Below are positions 13,301 to 28,300 of a stretch of 64,000 bases of DNA, piece after piece; position 1 is the first letter of the stretch, and every line of letters begins with the position of its first letter. Under the pieces are notes generated by a model. The model did no database searches. It saw only the letters and a program-made list of their open reading frames with translations, and was not told where the DNA came from. Origin of the DNA: Macrostomum hystrix (Eukaryota; Animalia; Platyhelminthes). The position numbers were made by a program, and so were the translations under genes. The DNA is taken from the NCBI GenBank assembly GCA_950097015.1, contig CATNEN010000038.1, positions 22,754,001 to 22,818,000 on the forward strand, in the 5' to 3' direction.

Positions 13301-16300
13301 ATTTAATCACTAATTAACTATACTCAACAGTAGCAAGAATTTCATTGTGGCAAGTGGGAGAAATTTAGATTTGGGAAGATAGAAACAATTGCAAGAATGT
13401 AAAGATGGGGGGGAATGGGAAGAATGTAGAGATTGGAAGAATGGGAAGAGTATAGAGATTAGGGAAGAATGGGAAGAGTATAGAGATTAGGGAAGAATGG
13501 GAAGAATGAAGAGATTAGGGAAGAATGGGAAGAATGTAGAGATTAGGGAGAATAGGAAGAATGAGGAGATTGGGGAGAATGGCAAGGAAGAATGGGAGGA
13601 ATGTAGAGATTGGGGAGAATGTAGAGATTGGGAAGAATGTAGAGATTGAGAAGAATGGCAAGGAAGAATGGGAGGAATGTAGAGATTGGGGAGAATGTAG
13701 AGATTGGGAAGAATGTAGAGATTGAGAAGAATGGCAAGGAAGAATGGGAGGAATGTAGAGATTGGGGAGAATGTAGAGATTGGGAAGAATGTAGAGATTG
13801 GGAAGAATGTAGAGATTGGGGAGAATGTAGAGATTGGGGAGAATAGGAAGAATGTAGAGATTGGAAGAATGTGAAGAATGTAGAGATTAGGGAAGAATGG
13901 GAAGAATGTAGAGATTGGGGAGAATAGGAAGAATGAGGAGATTGGGGAGAATGGGAAGAATGTAGAGATTAGGGAGAATGGGAAGAATGTAGAGATTAGG
14001 GAAGAATGGGAAGAATGTAGAGATTGGGGAGAATGGGAAGAATGTAGAGATTGGGGAGAATGGGAAGAATGTAGAGATTAGGGAAGAATGGGAAGAATGG
14101 GAAGAATGTAGAGATTGGGGAGAATAGGAAGAATGAGGAGATTGGGGAGAATGGGAAGAATGTAGAGATTAGGGAGAATGGGAAGAATGTAGAGATTAGG
14201 GAAGAATGGGAAGAATGTAGAGATTGGGGAGAATGGGAAGAATGTAGAGATTGGGGAGAATGGGAAGAATGTAGAGATTAGGGAAGAATGGGAAGAATGT
14301 AGAGATTAGGGAAGAATGGGAAGAATGTAGAGATTAGGGAAGAATGGGAAGAATGTAGAGATTAGGGAAGAATGGGAAGAATGTAGAGATTGGGGAGAAT
14401 GGGAAGAATGTAGAGATTGGGGAGAATGGGAAGAATGTAGAGATTGGGGAGAATAGGAAGAATGTAGAGATTGGGGAGATTGGGAAGAATGTAGAGATTA
14501 GGGAAGAATGGGAAGAATGTAGAGATTAGGGAATAATGGGAAGAATGTAGAGATTGGGGAGAATAGGAAGAATGAGGAGATTGGGGAGAATGGGAAGAAT
14601 GTAGAGATTAGGGAAGAATGGGAAGAATGTAGAGATTGGGGAGAATGGGAAGAATGTAGAGATTGGGGAGAATGGGAAGAATGTAGAGATTAGGGAAGAA
14701 TGGGAAGAATGTAGAGATTGGGGAGAATGGGAAGAATGTAGAGATTAGGGAAGAATGGGAAGAATGTAGAGATTGGGGAGAATGGGAAGAATGTAGAGAT
14801 TGGGGAGAATGGGAAGAATGTAGAGATTAGGGAAGAATGGGATAAAGTAGAGATTAGGGAAAAATGGGAATATGTAGATTGGGGAAGAATGGGAAATTTT
14901 CTATTTGGCATGGTGGGAGGAATGTAGATAACGGATTATTCGTTAACCTAATAGACTCGTACAATTTTATACTGTTAGCAATGAATGTTTATTGATTCGG
15001 GATTTCAATTAGCTCATTGATGTTTCACAACTTTCGCTGGTGTAGTTACAGACTGCGATCTTTTGCGTTACAAAAAAGTTTGATAACGACCACAATTTCC
15101 CAGACTATCAGGGCTTGAAACGGCCCCATAAAAATTCGTGGTCGTGGTCAGAGAAACTTTCTGTTCCTATGGTTCCAAACAATATCATCTGTTCCGTTTC
15201 GTTCTCTTGACCGCGTGTTAGCAATGTGAGAATCTATAGAGACATCGGACAAATGTTACGTAACACACGATAGCACTCGCAGGCAGGTCTTCTTCTCTGC
15301 GAAGCCTCCAAGTTTTTCGAGTTCTGTTGATCCGGGGCGGGGCATTTGTTAATCCTTTCTTTAAGAGGCCCGCTAGACTAGGAGACAGAAACAAGATGGC
15401 GATTTCTCAGCTAGAAGAAGAAGCTTGAGTGTGCGTTAGCGAGAGAAAAGCACGCAGCAATGAAAAGGACAGAATAGTGAAAGAGAATAATTTATTTATC
15501 CTCATGGGTTGTTGCGCAATAGACTAAGATGAAACTGAATATTGCATTCTTCGTTGCTTTTGTTTTGCTTTTTCTTGTCTCTATACAAAGGCACAGTTTC
15601 CAGTAGCTTTGCTGCTACGTATTTAATAAGATTCTGACTGAGAAAGGGTAAGAAAATATATCTGATTGTCACAAGATACAATGCCAGATTGAAGGGATAC
15701 AACTGGACACTTATCGCACTTATCATATACGATAAGTGATGAGATAAGTGTAGGGTAAAAATGATATAGACATTTGATAAAGAATGATATAGACATTTGT
15801 TAAAGAATGATACAGACATTTCATAAAGAATGATACAGACATTTGATAAAGAATGATACAGACATTTGATAAAGAATGATACAGACATTTGTTAAAGAAT
15901 GATATAGACATTTCATAAATAATGAGATAGATACAGGATAAAGAATGAGATAAACATTTTATAAAGAATGAGATAAACATTTTATAAAGAATGATACGGA
16001 CATTAGATGAAGAAAATGATATAGATATTGTATACAAATGCGATAGATATCGGATAAAGAATGATATAGATATTGGATAAAGAATGATATGGATATTGGA
16101 TAAAGAATGAGATAAAGACACATTAACTGGGATATACAGACACTTTTTAGTGGGGATAAATATAAGAGTAGATAATTCCCAACACCAAATATATGAAATC
16201 ATTTTTATTCGATAATCCAGATAAAGATTAGCACCTTACGCAATATGCTTTATTTCGCTAGTCCACACATATTTAAGCTTATCTTACTTTCCAATCGCCA

Positions 16301-19300
16301 ATGAAGGTACGGGTAAAGGTAATTTTACCCTTTTTTCCTGGTCGAATGCTGAGATTTTACAGTGTTCAGACGGTCGGAAATTGAACAGAGAAATAGATGG
16401 AGAGAGTGAGAGATAGAAAAAAGGTTCTAAAACTTTATATTCATACTTAGTGTTTACGCAAGGGATTTTTTTCGACTGTCGGGATAAAATTTGATGTTAT
16501 ATTCGCGTATGTGTATATGCGCCAGGTTGTGTAGATCGGTGCCATGCCCTCATCGTCTTATCTAAGCCTTTCTCCAGGATAAAATCCGTTTGTATTGTCC
16601 CTAGTGTAGGTATATTATATGTTATAAGCCATTTCGACTTCCTACCAAGTCTTAGTCAACTAATGTCGGTGCGATTTCCTAGAAATCTGTGCACTTGTCA
16701 TTGTCAATCCATCTGCTGGGGTTTATGGCTTTGACGAATCCTATGACTCATCAGACCCTTATCATGACCCATTCTACTACAGTCATGACCCATTCTACTA
16801 CAGTCATGACCCATTCTACTACAATCATGACCCATTCTACTACAATCATGACCCATTCTACTACAATCATGACCCATTCTACTACAATCATGACCCATTC
16901 TACTACAATCATGACCCATTCTACTACAATCATGACCCATTCTACTAGAATCATGACCCATTCTACTACAATCATGACCCATTCTACTAGAATCATGACC
17001 CATTCTACTAGAATCATGACCCATTCTACTAGAATCATGACCCATTCTACTAGAATCATGACCCATTCTACTAGAATCATGACCCATTCTACTAGAATCA
17101 TGACCCATTCTACCGGTATCATGACCCATTCTACTACAATCATGACCCATTCTACTAGAATCATGACCCATTCTACTACAATCATGACCCATTCTACTAC
17201 AATCATGACCCATTCTACTACAATCATGACCCATTCTACTACAATCATGACCCATTCTACTAGAATCATGACCCATTCTACTACAATCATGACCTATTCT
17301 ACTACAATCATGAACCATTCTACTAGAATCATGACCCATTCTACTACAATCATGACCCATTCTACTACAATCATAACCCATTCTATTGGAATCATGACCT
17401 ATTCTACTATAATCATGACCCATTCTATTGGAATCATGACCCATTCTACTACAATCATGACCCATTCTACCAGAATCATGACCCATTCTACTAGAATCAT
17501 GACCCATTCTATTGGAATCATGACCCATTTTACTGAATTCAGGACCCATTCGTAGCGTTAATATTGCAATAATTTTTTCTCAGAAATTATTTTTGCTAAG
17601 CGCTCGAAAATTCCTTCTTGAGTCGTTGTGCTCAGCTGATTTTATTTAACATTGCTTATTTTAGTTTCTTCGCTGCCATGGTCATATTTACTCTAGCCAA
17701 TTCAAAAGCCTTGTCCTGTTCTAGCTATAGCTCAATTAGTTTTCAAATCTTTAATGGAATAGTCTTGTAATTAAACAGTGTTAAACGTTCCAGTGATAAT
17801 AATTTACTTTTAAACAAATTGTTTTTATTTTACAGCGCGTAATCATTTCTCGTTCCTAAAATAGACGTCATTTTGACTCAAACTAAATATGAACTAAGAC
17901 TCCCTATATTACCCTAAACTCCAGATATATTACCCTAAACTCCAGATATATTACCCTAAACTCCACATATATTACACTAAACTCTACGTATATTACCCTA
18001 AACTCTACGTATATTACCATAAACTACAATATATTACCCTAAACTCCAATATATTACCCTAAACTCCCTATATTACCCTAAACTCCAATATATTACCTTA
18101 AACTACATACATTACCCTAAACTCCACATATATTACCCTAAACTCCACGTATATTACCATTAACTCCAATTTATTACACTAAACTCCACATATATTACCC
18201 TAAACTCCAAATATATTACCCTGAACTTCCATAAATTGCCCTAAACTTCCATATACTGCCCTAAACTTCCATATACTACCCTAAACTTCCATATACTACC
18301 CTTAACTTCCATATACTACCCTTAACTTCCATATACTACCCTAAACTTCCATATACTACCCTAAACTTCCATATACTACCCTTAACTTCCATATACTACC
18401 CTAAACTTCCATATACTACCCTTAACTTCCATATACTACCCTTAACTTCCATATATTGCCCTAAACTTCCATATACTACCCTAAACTTCCATATACTACC
18501 CTAAACTTCCATATACTACCCTTAACTTCCATATACTACCCTTAACTTCCATATATTGCCCTAGTCTCCAAATATCGCCCTCGGATAGCAATAATCCATA
18601 TATTAATTTATTTATTTGTTTAGTCACCATTATTTTCGACTTCTGAGCAAGAAAAAATATATAATTAATAATCTTGCAGAGACATTGTTGGACACCTACG
18701 CTGACAACGAAGGCAAATGGCTCGGCTGGTCTCCGAATCTGGTGGACGGCCTTGGGGTGAGTCGGACTCAAGAACTATCAAATATGAGTAAACTAATTTA
18801 TGCTTAGTTTATTAATGTTTTATGAGTTGTCTTTTTTTGCCAGCCCTGTCTATCGGATTTGCAGTTCGAGAAATTTTATGTCACATTTTTTAGCTTTTTC
18901 ATGCCGTAGTGTGTTGGTATCTATTTATTATGTAGATATTTTTTCCAACTTGTACTTTTCTTTAGACCCTTCTCACTTTATGTCACAATGCGTCCGTTTA
19001 CTGGCAATTCATCTCGTCTCCCCGTAATCTCATCCTCCCTTAATCTCTCCCTCCCTTAATCTCACCCTCCCTTAATCTCCCACTCCCTTTATCTCACCCT
19101 CGCTTAATCTCACCCTCCCTTAATCTCAGCCTCCCTTAATCTCACCCTCCCTTTATCTCACCCTCCCTTAATCTCACCCTCCATTAATCTCCCACTCCCT
19201 TAATCTCACCCTCCCTTAATCTCACCCTTCCTTAATCTCACCCTCCCTTAATCTCACCATCCCTTAATCTCACCCTCCATTAATCTCACACTCCCTTAAT

Positions 19301-22300
19301 CTCAGCCTCCCTTAATCTCACCCTCCCTTTATCTCACCCTCCCTTAATCTCACCCTCCATTAATCTCCCACTCCCTTTATCTCACCCTCCCTTAATCTCA
19401 CCCTCCATTAATCTCCCACTCCCTTAATCTCACACTCCCTTAATCTCAGCCTCCCTTAATCTCACCCTCCCTTAATCTCACCCTCCCTAAATCTCACCCG
19501 CCTTAATTTTCACTCTCTCTAAGATTTCAAATAAACTTTAATTTAATGTAGGGACCCAATTTACATTAGCATGATCGGTAACGCAATGCAGAGAACTGAA
19601 TATATAAGTGGCAGGAAGTAGCCCTCTTACTATGGGGCACAATCCTGAGGCCCTATCATTTCTAAAGCCGAATGGAAATTTATCCTGAGTTGTTGCGCAA
19701 CTTTCAGCCTTGATGATTGACAGCTAGCCTAGTTGAAGAGCTTGATTTTGTGAGGCCGGATTAAAAAACTGCTGTCTCTCAAAGCATGGACAGTTAGATG
19801 GACAGTAGAATTATGAGTTTGGTTTGAGCGCTGAAAATTTCTTCACAATAATTTTTCCCGCGTTTCTTCTTCCAGCGTGTGGTGGCGGCTGCATTGCTTG
19901 ATTGACACAATTGCCGTGTGGTTGAGTGCGGCAGATGCCTCTGGTGTGTGTGTGTGTGTGTGGGTGGGTGTGAGTATGTTGTGAGAAGACGGAGGTAGAG
20001 GTTGTTGCGGCACCCCCTGTAGGATGTATGCTTAGCGATTGTGAGTGAAAGTGTGACAATTTTTTTTGTGTTCAGTCGCGACCTCGCCTGTTTTGGTGGC
20101 ATGGCAATACATCGTGTGTGGATGGTGTAAAAGTACAAATAATAAATATTATTTCTCTTTTGTTACAAAAAATTATACACAAGCATAGAAAGGACAGCAA
20201 GTTAAAGAGATTTATCGCCTGTCAATCAATTCTCACTTCTAGCTGATCGACCTTATTATTGGTATCCATCCTGAACCAACTCTAAAACGTGTCGCGTTAT
20301 GAGCACATACGAGTACCATTGTAATGATCTAGCTGTTGGTTCAGTTATGTCAGACTATATAGTTAAGACAAATGTTTTCCGGTGACCGGAAGTTAGAAAA
20401 AATAGCTTTCGTGAATTCGCACGGCACGAGAAACTGTTTTTACTATAATTAATAAATTTAATTACAGACAGAAATGTAATTTTGCATCTTGTTTTTGGCC
20501 GTTTGACCTTGATTGCAAGAAAGTGTTGAAATTAATATGTAGCTCCTTGGGATTTAATGATTTCTGTCACTTTCTTTTAGCTAAATTTCATATCACCTTC
20601 ATCCCAACAGTCTCACTCCCCTCCCCCTTTCACATTCTTTCTTCTCCTCTTCCCCTCTTTCTATCCCCTCCTTTTCTTTCTACCCTCTACTTCATCTTTC
20701 TGCCCTGTTCTTTTTCTTTCTACCCTCTTCTTTTCTTTCTACCCTCTTCCTTTTCTTTCTACCCTCTTCTTTTCTTTCTACCCTCTTCTTTTTCTTTCTA
20801 CCCTCTTTGTTTTCTTTCTACCCTCTTCTTTTTCTTACTTCCCTCTTCTTTTTCTTTCTTCCTTCTTTTATTTCTCCACCTTCGTTTCTTTCTTCCCTTC
20901 CCTTTCTTTCTTTCTTTCCTCTACCTTTTTTCTCCCTCTCCCTTTCTTCCCCCCTCCTGCGTTCTTTCGCCTGGTCTCACGTTCTTCCCCTCTTTCTTTC
21001 TTTCTCCTCTTTTCTTTTTGTCTCTCCTAACTCTCATGGTCTGATCACTCTCATTTGATACTGAGATGAGAGTATAATTTTTAGATGAATATAGCATTTT
21101 CATTTATATTTTTCTATACATATCGGGTAATCTTTACAAAGCTTATTTCCCATCGAATCAATTCTCAGTGGGTGTCCAGCAACTCGCCAATGGTGGACGG
21201 CCGCATCACCTATTCGGTCTGCCAGATTGATTACAGTGGCAACGGTTCTGCCGTGTTCTTCCTTCGAAGCCCCTACATTGACACCAGAGACGCCAAGCAG
21301 GTCATGGTGGAGCTGCGCTTCACCACCCGGTCCTGCTCCCAGTTTCCCAGGCCGGAGAGTTTGAAACGATGCAAAGAGACTCTGGAACTCATGGCCCTGC
21401 AGCTGGACACTCCCGCGGCTAATGAAATCGGTCTTAGCGACACCAACTTTTACAAGGTTGCCTGGGGAGGGATAATTATTAAACATAATCATTTGCCGTC
21501 ATTGGTTTTAGACAGAATGAGGTACAGGAAAATGAGATTAAGGGAAGAAAGGGATTTAAATTAGAAAGGGATTTATGATATAATGGGATTTAGGAAAGAA
21601 TGGGATTTAGGATAGAATGGGATTTAAAATATAATGGGATTTAGGATAGAATGGGATTTAGAATAGAATGGGATTTATAATAGAATGGGATTTATAATGG
21701 AATGGGATTTATAATGGAATGGGATTTATAATAGAATGGGATTTAGGATAGAATGGGATTTGTAATATAATGGGATTTATGATAGAATGATTTTCGTAAA
21801 GAATGGGATTTAGGATAGAATTGGATTTTCGGATAGAATGGGATTTAGAATAGAATGGGATTTATAATAGAATGGGATTTATAATGGAATGGGATTTATA
21901 ATGGAATGGGATTTATAATAGAATGGGATTTAGGATAGAATGGGATTTGTAATATAATGGGATTTATGATAGAATGATTTTCGTAAAGAATGGGATTTAG
22001 GATAGAATGGGATTTTCGGATAGAATGGGATTTGAGAATTAAGAAAAATAGAATTAAAAAATATATTTTAGATAAAATTTGCAATACATATAGAATGCAA
22101 TTTAAATGAAATAAAAGACGTACGAATCAGTGCAAGTTTTTGATAGAATTAAAGTACAACTGAAGGCTTATCGATTGTGTTTCATTTCGATCCTCACCAC
22201 CCGGTCCGATATGCGCCTCAGGTGAGCACAGTGGCAGCCAGTGTGATATTTACGTCGATGCCAAGCAGTGACGGCCTCCAGCGGACAATAAACACCAACA

Positions 22301-25300
22301 AGTACATCGTGCCGATAACTAAACGGGGCCTTTACATCGGACTAAGAGACACCGGCTCTTGCATGGCTATGCTGCAGGTGAGACTAAACTGGATTGGATT
22401 GGAGTGGGTGGGATTAGATGTGAGACTTAGTGAGATTAGATGAGTGATTGGGTGAGATTAGATAATAGACTATTGTGAGATTAGATAAGAGACTATTGTG
22501 AGATTAGATAAGAGACTATTGCGAGATTAGATATTAGACTATTGTGAGATTAGATAAGACACTGAGTGAGATTAGATATTAGACTATTTTGAGATTAGAT
22601 AAGAGACTGAGTGAGATTAGATGAGTGATTGGGTGAGATTAGATAAGAGACTATTGTGAGATTAGATAAGAGAATATTGTGCGAGTAGATAAGAGACTAC
22701 TGTGAGAGTAGATAAGAGACTATTGTGAGATTAGATAAGAGACTGAGTGAGATTAGATAAGAGACTGAGTGAGATTAGATAAGAGACTATTGTGAGATTA
22801 GATAAGAGACTAATGCGAGATTAGATATTAGACTATTGTGTGATTAGATAAGAGACTATTGTGAGATTAGATATTAGACTATTGTGTGATTAGATAAGAG
22901 ACTATTGTGAGATTAGATATTAGACTATTGTGTGATTAGATAAGAGACTATTGTGAGATTAGATAAGAGACTGAGTGAGATTAGATAAGACACTGAGTGA
23001 GATTAGATATTAGACTATTTTGAGATTAGATAAGAGACTGAGTGAGATTAGATGAGTGATTGGGTGAGATTAGATAAGAGACTATTGTGAGATTAGATAA
23101 GAGAATATTGTGCGAGTAGATAAGAGACTACTGTGAGAGTAGATAAGAGACTATTGTGAGATTAGATAAGAGACTATTGTGAGATTGGATAAGAGACTAT
23201 TGCGAGATTAGATATTAGACTATTGCGTGATTAGATAAGAGACTATTGTGAGAGTAGATAAGAGACTATTGTGAGATTAGATAAGAGACTATTGTGCGAG
23301 TAGATAAGAGACTACTGTGAGAGTAGATAAGAGACTATTGTGAGATTAGATAAGAGACTGAGTGAGATTAGATATTAGACTATTGCGTGATTAGATAAGA
23401 GACTATTGTGAGAGTAGACAAGAGACTGGGTGAGATAATATGTGAGGCAAACACCAAAATCGTTGTAAAATGCAGTTCGAATAATACCCCACCGCGCCGC
23501 CCAGATACGAGTCTACTTTCTCTACTGCCCCCGCCTGGTGCGCAATCTTGCTGAGTACAGTCGCACTCCAGCTAGCGACAATCTCATCCGTGTGCCAGGC
23601 GCCTGCGTCGCCAACTCGGACCTGAAGCCTGGTGCCAGCCAGCCGGGCCTGATCTGTCAGGCCAACGGCATCTGGTTCGCCAGCGACGAATCTATGGACG
23701 ATTTCTGTCGCTGCAGTCCGGGATTTTCTGTCGAATCAAACGCCACGGCCTGCCAGCGTGAGTCAATTGACCCATTCGACCTTTCATCGTGACTCAATTG
23801 ACCCACCGTCTTTACTAAATTGACCTACCTTCTTGACCCAATAGACCTACCTTCTTGGCACATTATCAACCTACTCCTTGACCCATTACCAACCTACTCC
23901 TTGACCCATTATCAACCTACTCCTTGACCCATTGTCAACCTACTCATTGACCCATTATCAACCTACTCATTGACACATTATCAACCTACTCCTTGACCCA
24001 TTATCAACCTACTCATTGACCCATTATCAACCTACTCATTGACCCATTATCAACCTACTCCTTGACCCATTATCAACCTACTCCTTGACCCATTATCAAC
24101 CTACTCCTTGACCCATTATCAACCTACTCATTGACCCATTATCAACCTACTCATTGACCCATTATCAACCTACTCATTGACCCATTATCAACCTACTCAT
24201 TGACCCATTATCAACCTACTCATTGACACAATATCAACCTACTCATTGACCCATTATCAACCTACTCCTTGACCCATTATCAACCTACTCATTGACACAT
24301 TATCAACCTACTCATTGACCCATTATAAACCTACTCCTTGACCCATTATAAACCTACTCCTTGACCCATTGTCAACCTACTCATTGACCCATTATCAACC
24401 TACTCATTGACACAATATCAACCTACTCATTGACCCATTATCAACCTACTCATTGACCCATTATCAACCTACTCATTGACCCATTATCAACCTACTCATT
24501 GACACAATATCAACCTACTCATTGACCCATTATCAACCTACTCCTTGACCCATTATCAACCTACTCATTGACCCATTATAAACCTACTCCTTGACCCATT
24601 ATCAACCTACTCCTTGACCCATTGTCAACCTACTCATTGACACATTATCAACCTACTCATTGACCCATTATCAACCTACTCATTGACCCATTATCAACCT
24701 ACTCATTGACCCATTATCAACCTACTCATTGACCCATTATCAACCTACTCATTGACACATTATCAACCTACTCATTGACCCATTATCAACCTACTCATTG
24801 ACCCATTATCAACCTACTCATTGACCCATTATCAACCTACTCATTGACACATTTTTACCCTTGTAGTTAAATTATGGAAGTCTATAAGATAAGCTTAACA
24901 ATAGTTAAATCTCTTAGGATAAATTGTCAGATCAGACAGAAATGGCATTAGAAATGGCTATCATCTCTTTTGAAGTGTTTTTTCTCCGCCCTACTACTAG
25001 CATTGTTTACAACTCAAACACTAATTTATTGCTTGACTGACAGGTGAGGTAGAACAGGTTTCGGTGGTTTCAGCTGTTAATGGAGCTGGTGTTTTGATTA
25101 CGTAATAGCTTCTACCGTCATTCTGTCCTATAGTTCTGTTGCAATTGTTTAACTATTCGTTCTTTTTTTCGTGTCTAATTTCGCATCAGAAGCCACTGAG
25201 AATGATACATTAGAAACTTAGAAAAGGCCCATCTGAACCATGATGACTTGACAGGTGGGTTAAGAACTAGTAGTTATTTATAGAAATCGAGCCAACTAAT

Positions 25301-28300
25301 TTAATGACGCAACTTGTAATTTGCTTCTGGCGGTGTCTCGATCGCGTCGCTTATTTTCTTTAAAATTTCCTAAATTTCTTAGCTCTACTGCTCATTCTAC
25401 GATTTGTTATATCCGTGTGTTTAACGTTTTATCTGTCTGCTTCTCGTTATATTTCTCTCTCTACTTCTGTTTCTACTTCTCGTTCTATTTTTCTACTTCT
25501 CGTTCTATTTCTCAATCTACTTATCGTTCTATTTCACTCTCTACTTCTCGTTCTATTTCTCCATCTACTTCTCGTTCTATTTCACTCTCTACTTCTCGTT
25601 CTATTTCTCCATCTACTTATCGCTCTATTTCACTATCTACTTCTCATTCTATTTCTCTCTCTACTTCTCGTTCTATTTCACTCTCTACTTCTCGTTCTAT
25701 TTCACTCTCTACTTCTCGTTCTATTTCACTCTCTACTTCTCGTTCTATTTCACTCTCTACTTGTCGTTCTATTTCTCCATCTACTTCTCGTTCTTTTTCA
25801 CTCTCTACTTCTCGTTCTATTTCTCACAAATCATTGTTCTTTTTCTCTCGCAGTCTCTCCTTATTCTATCTATTAGTAGTTATATAGTTATTTACCTGTT
25901 GCATAATAGCATACACAAGGTGCCGCCACCGATTTCAAGCAAAAAGCGAATTTCATTTTATCTTAGTTGACAAAAAACAACAGAAAAAAACTATAATTGA
26001 AACGTAAAATTTCTGACACAATTAAACAATGAAACAGGCATTTCTGAGGATTCACCATCACCAAAATGTTTCAAGTCTATTTGGTCTTCTCATTCTTGCT
26101 CACGTTTGAGTCACACATTGGCCTTTGTTCCGCTTTATAATATTTCTGCGCTATTGTCTTTCGCGGCCGTTCGTGTGTTGCGCATTGATCGCTCGACCTC
26201 TTCCGACAAGGGCTTCCTCTTCTTTAGAAATTTCTGCTTTAAAACACCATATTGAGGATCCAGGAACTTAGTATGAATCTGTAAAGCAATAATTGCCTAT
26301 TTAATTAATTGAGTCTTTGTCACATTCAGTTAGGCTTCACTGTCTATCGCGCGATATTCACGGCGTCTCATGCTGGTATTGTAATTATCGAGCGGAAAAA
26401 TACTGAGGGGTAGAAGAGGATGGAGAGTGGGGGTAGAAGAGAAGGGAGAGTGGGGGGTAGAAGAGGAGGGAGAGTGGGGTAGAAGAGGAGGGAGAGTGGA
26501 TTAGAAGAGGAGGGAGAGTGGATTAGAAGAGGAGGGAGAGTGGGGGTAGAAGAGGAGGGAGAGTGGGGTAGAAGAGGAGGGAGAGTGGGGTAGAAGAGGA
26601 TGGAGAGTAGGGTAGAAGAGGAGGGAGAGTGGGGGTAGAAAAGAAGGGAGAGTGGGGGGTAGAAGAGGAGGAAGAGTGGATTAGAAGAGGAGGGAGAGTG
26701 GGGTAGAAGAGGAGGGTGAGTGGGGTAGAAGAGGAGGGAGAGTGGATTAGAAGAGGAGGGAGAGTGGGGTAGAAGAGGAGGGAGAGTGGATTAGAAGAGG
26801 AGGGAGAGTGGGGTAGAAGAGGAGGGAGAGTGTATTAGAAGAGGAGGGAGAGTGGATTAGAAGAGGAGGGAGAGTGGGGTAGAAGAGGAGGGAGAGTGGG
26901 GTAGAAGAGGAGGGAGAGTGGGGTAGAAGAGGAGGGAGAGTGGGGTAGAAGAGGAGGGAGAGTGGGGATAGAAGAGGAGGGAGAGTGGGGTAGAAGAGGA
27001 GGGAGAGTGGATTAGAAGAGGAGGGAGAGTGGATTAGAAGAGGAGGGAGAGTGGGGGTAGAAGAGGAGGAAGAGTGGGTAGAAGAGGAGGGAGAGTGGGG
27101 TAGAAGAGGAGGGAGAGTGGGGGTAGAAGAGGAGGGAGAGTGGGGGTAGAAGAGGAGGGAGAGTGGGGGTAGAAGAGGAGTGAGAGTGGGGTAGAAGAGG
27201 AGTGAGAGTGGGGGTAGAAGAGGAGTGAGAGTGGGGTAGAAGAGGAGGGAGAGTGGGGTAGAAGAGGAGGGAGAGTGGGGTAGAAGAGGAGTGAGAGTGG
27301 GGTAGAAGAGGAGGGAGAGTGGGGTAGAAGAGAAGGGAGAGTGGGGGGAACAAGATTCTGGGAAATGATGTTTAGCTTTTCGATTATGGAAATTTAGATT
27401 TTAGCTTCAACTATTATTATTATTATTATGAAAGCTATTCGGCATTATTCAGTCTTAACATTGTTATTCTAAGGCGGATCGTGTGAAACAGAAGCAACGA
27501 CGCGACAACTGACGGGCTTGTCATCTTGGAGTGATACTCTCGACTCCTTTTTTGACACCTACACCAGCTGCAACCAAGATCTGTAGTCGTTGTCTCTCAG
27601 AAATGGCGGAAGAAGTGTTATTGAAGCTGTAGCCAGATATCTAGTGTGGCATTTCTTTATGTATAGAATTAGGAATTCCTAGATTTCTGAGTGATGACGC
27701 AACATGACTAGCCACTCAAAACCAAGCAGTGCGTTGAAGAACAGTGTGAATTATAGCTTCATGCAGCTGTCTTTGTTCAGTGCAACCGAAGTCTATTTGA
27801 CTAATATGATGTCATCAGACTGTAGACTCTTGATACTGGCTAATATGAATTATGAAGATTTCTATTTGTGGGATTTATAACAGGTGTACAGTCGATACAC
27901 AACTAAAAACTGTTGGATGAACAGCTGTTCAGTCCATGGTAGGCGACAGGAGGTGGGGAAATTCTGTTACCCATTTATCGGCTGGGTGAACTGAAGCGAT
28001 GCAGAGTTAAGCGTCTTGCTAAACGACCAAAATGGTTCCATTTGAGTCAGGATTCGAACCCCCGACCTTCAAGTCGTGAGTCCTAAACGGAAGCTCCAGA
28101 ATTAGAAGTGTCTCGCTAAAGGACACATTGCTTTCATTAGGTTCGAGATTTGAACTGCGATTAACCTCGCAATCATTTCATTTAAACAACGTACCTAAGC
28201 AACGTAACTAAAGTAAAACAAAAAATTTTTCTCCCGCAAAATTCTTTTTTTTCAGCCTGTCGAATTGGAAGCTTCAAGCCGAACTCGGGCAACGCTGCCT

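Noticed and set aside
16689-17555. MTHSTTI and MGHDSSR repeat proteins
   Set aside because: 21-bp minisatellite open on both strands; no gene context.
17901-18563. Interstitial telomeric repeat (CCCTAA/CCCTAAA)
   Set aside because: The motif occurs once per 20-21 bp unit, never as tandem telomeric repeats.
26066-26140. Signal-peptide-like mini [27 protein letters not shown]
   Set aside because: Ends in a stop with no convincing donor to join any exon.
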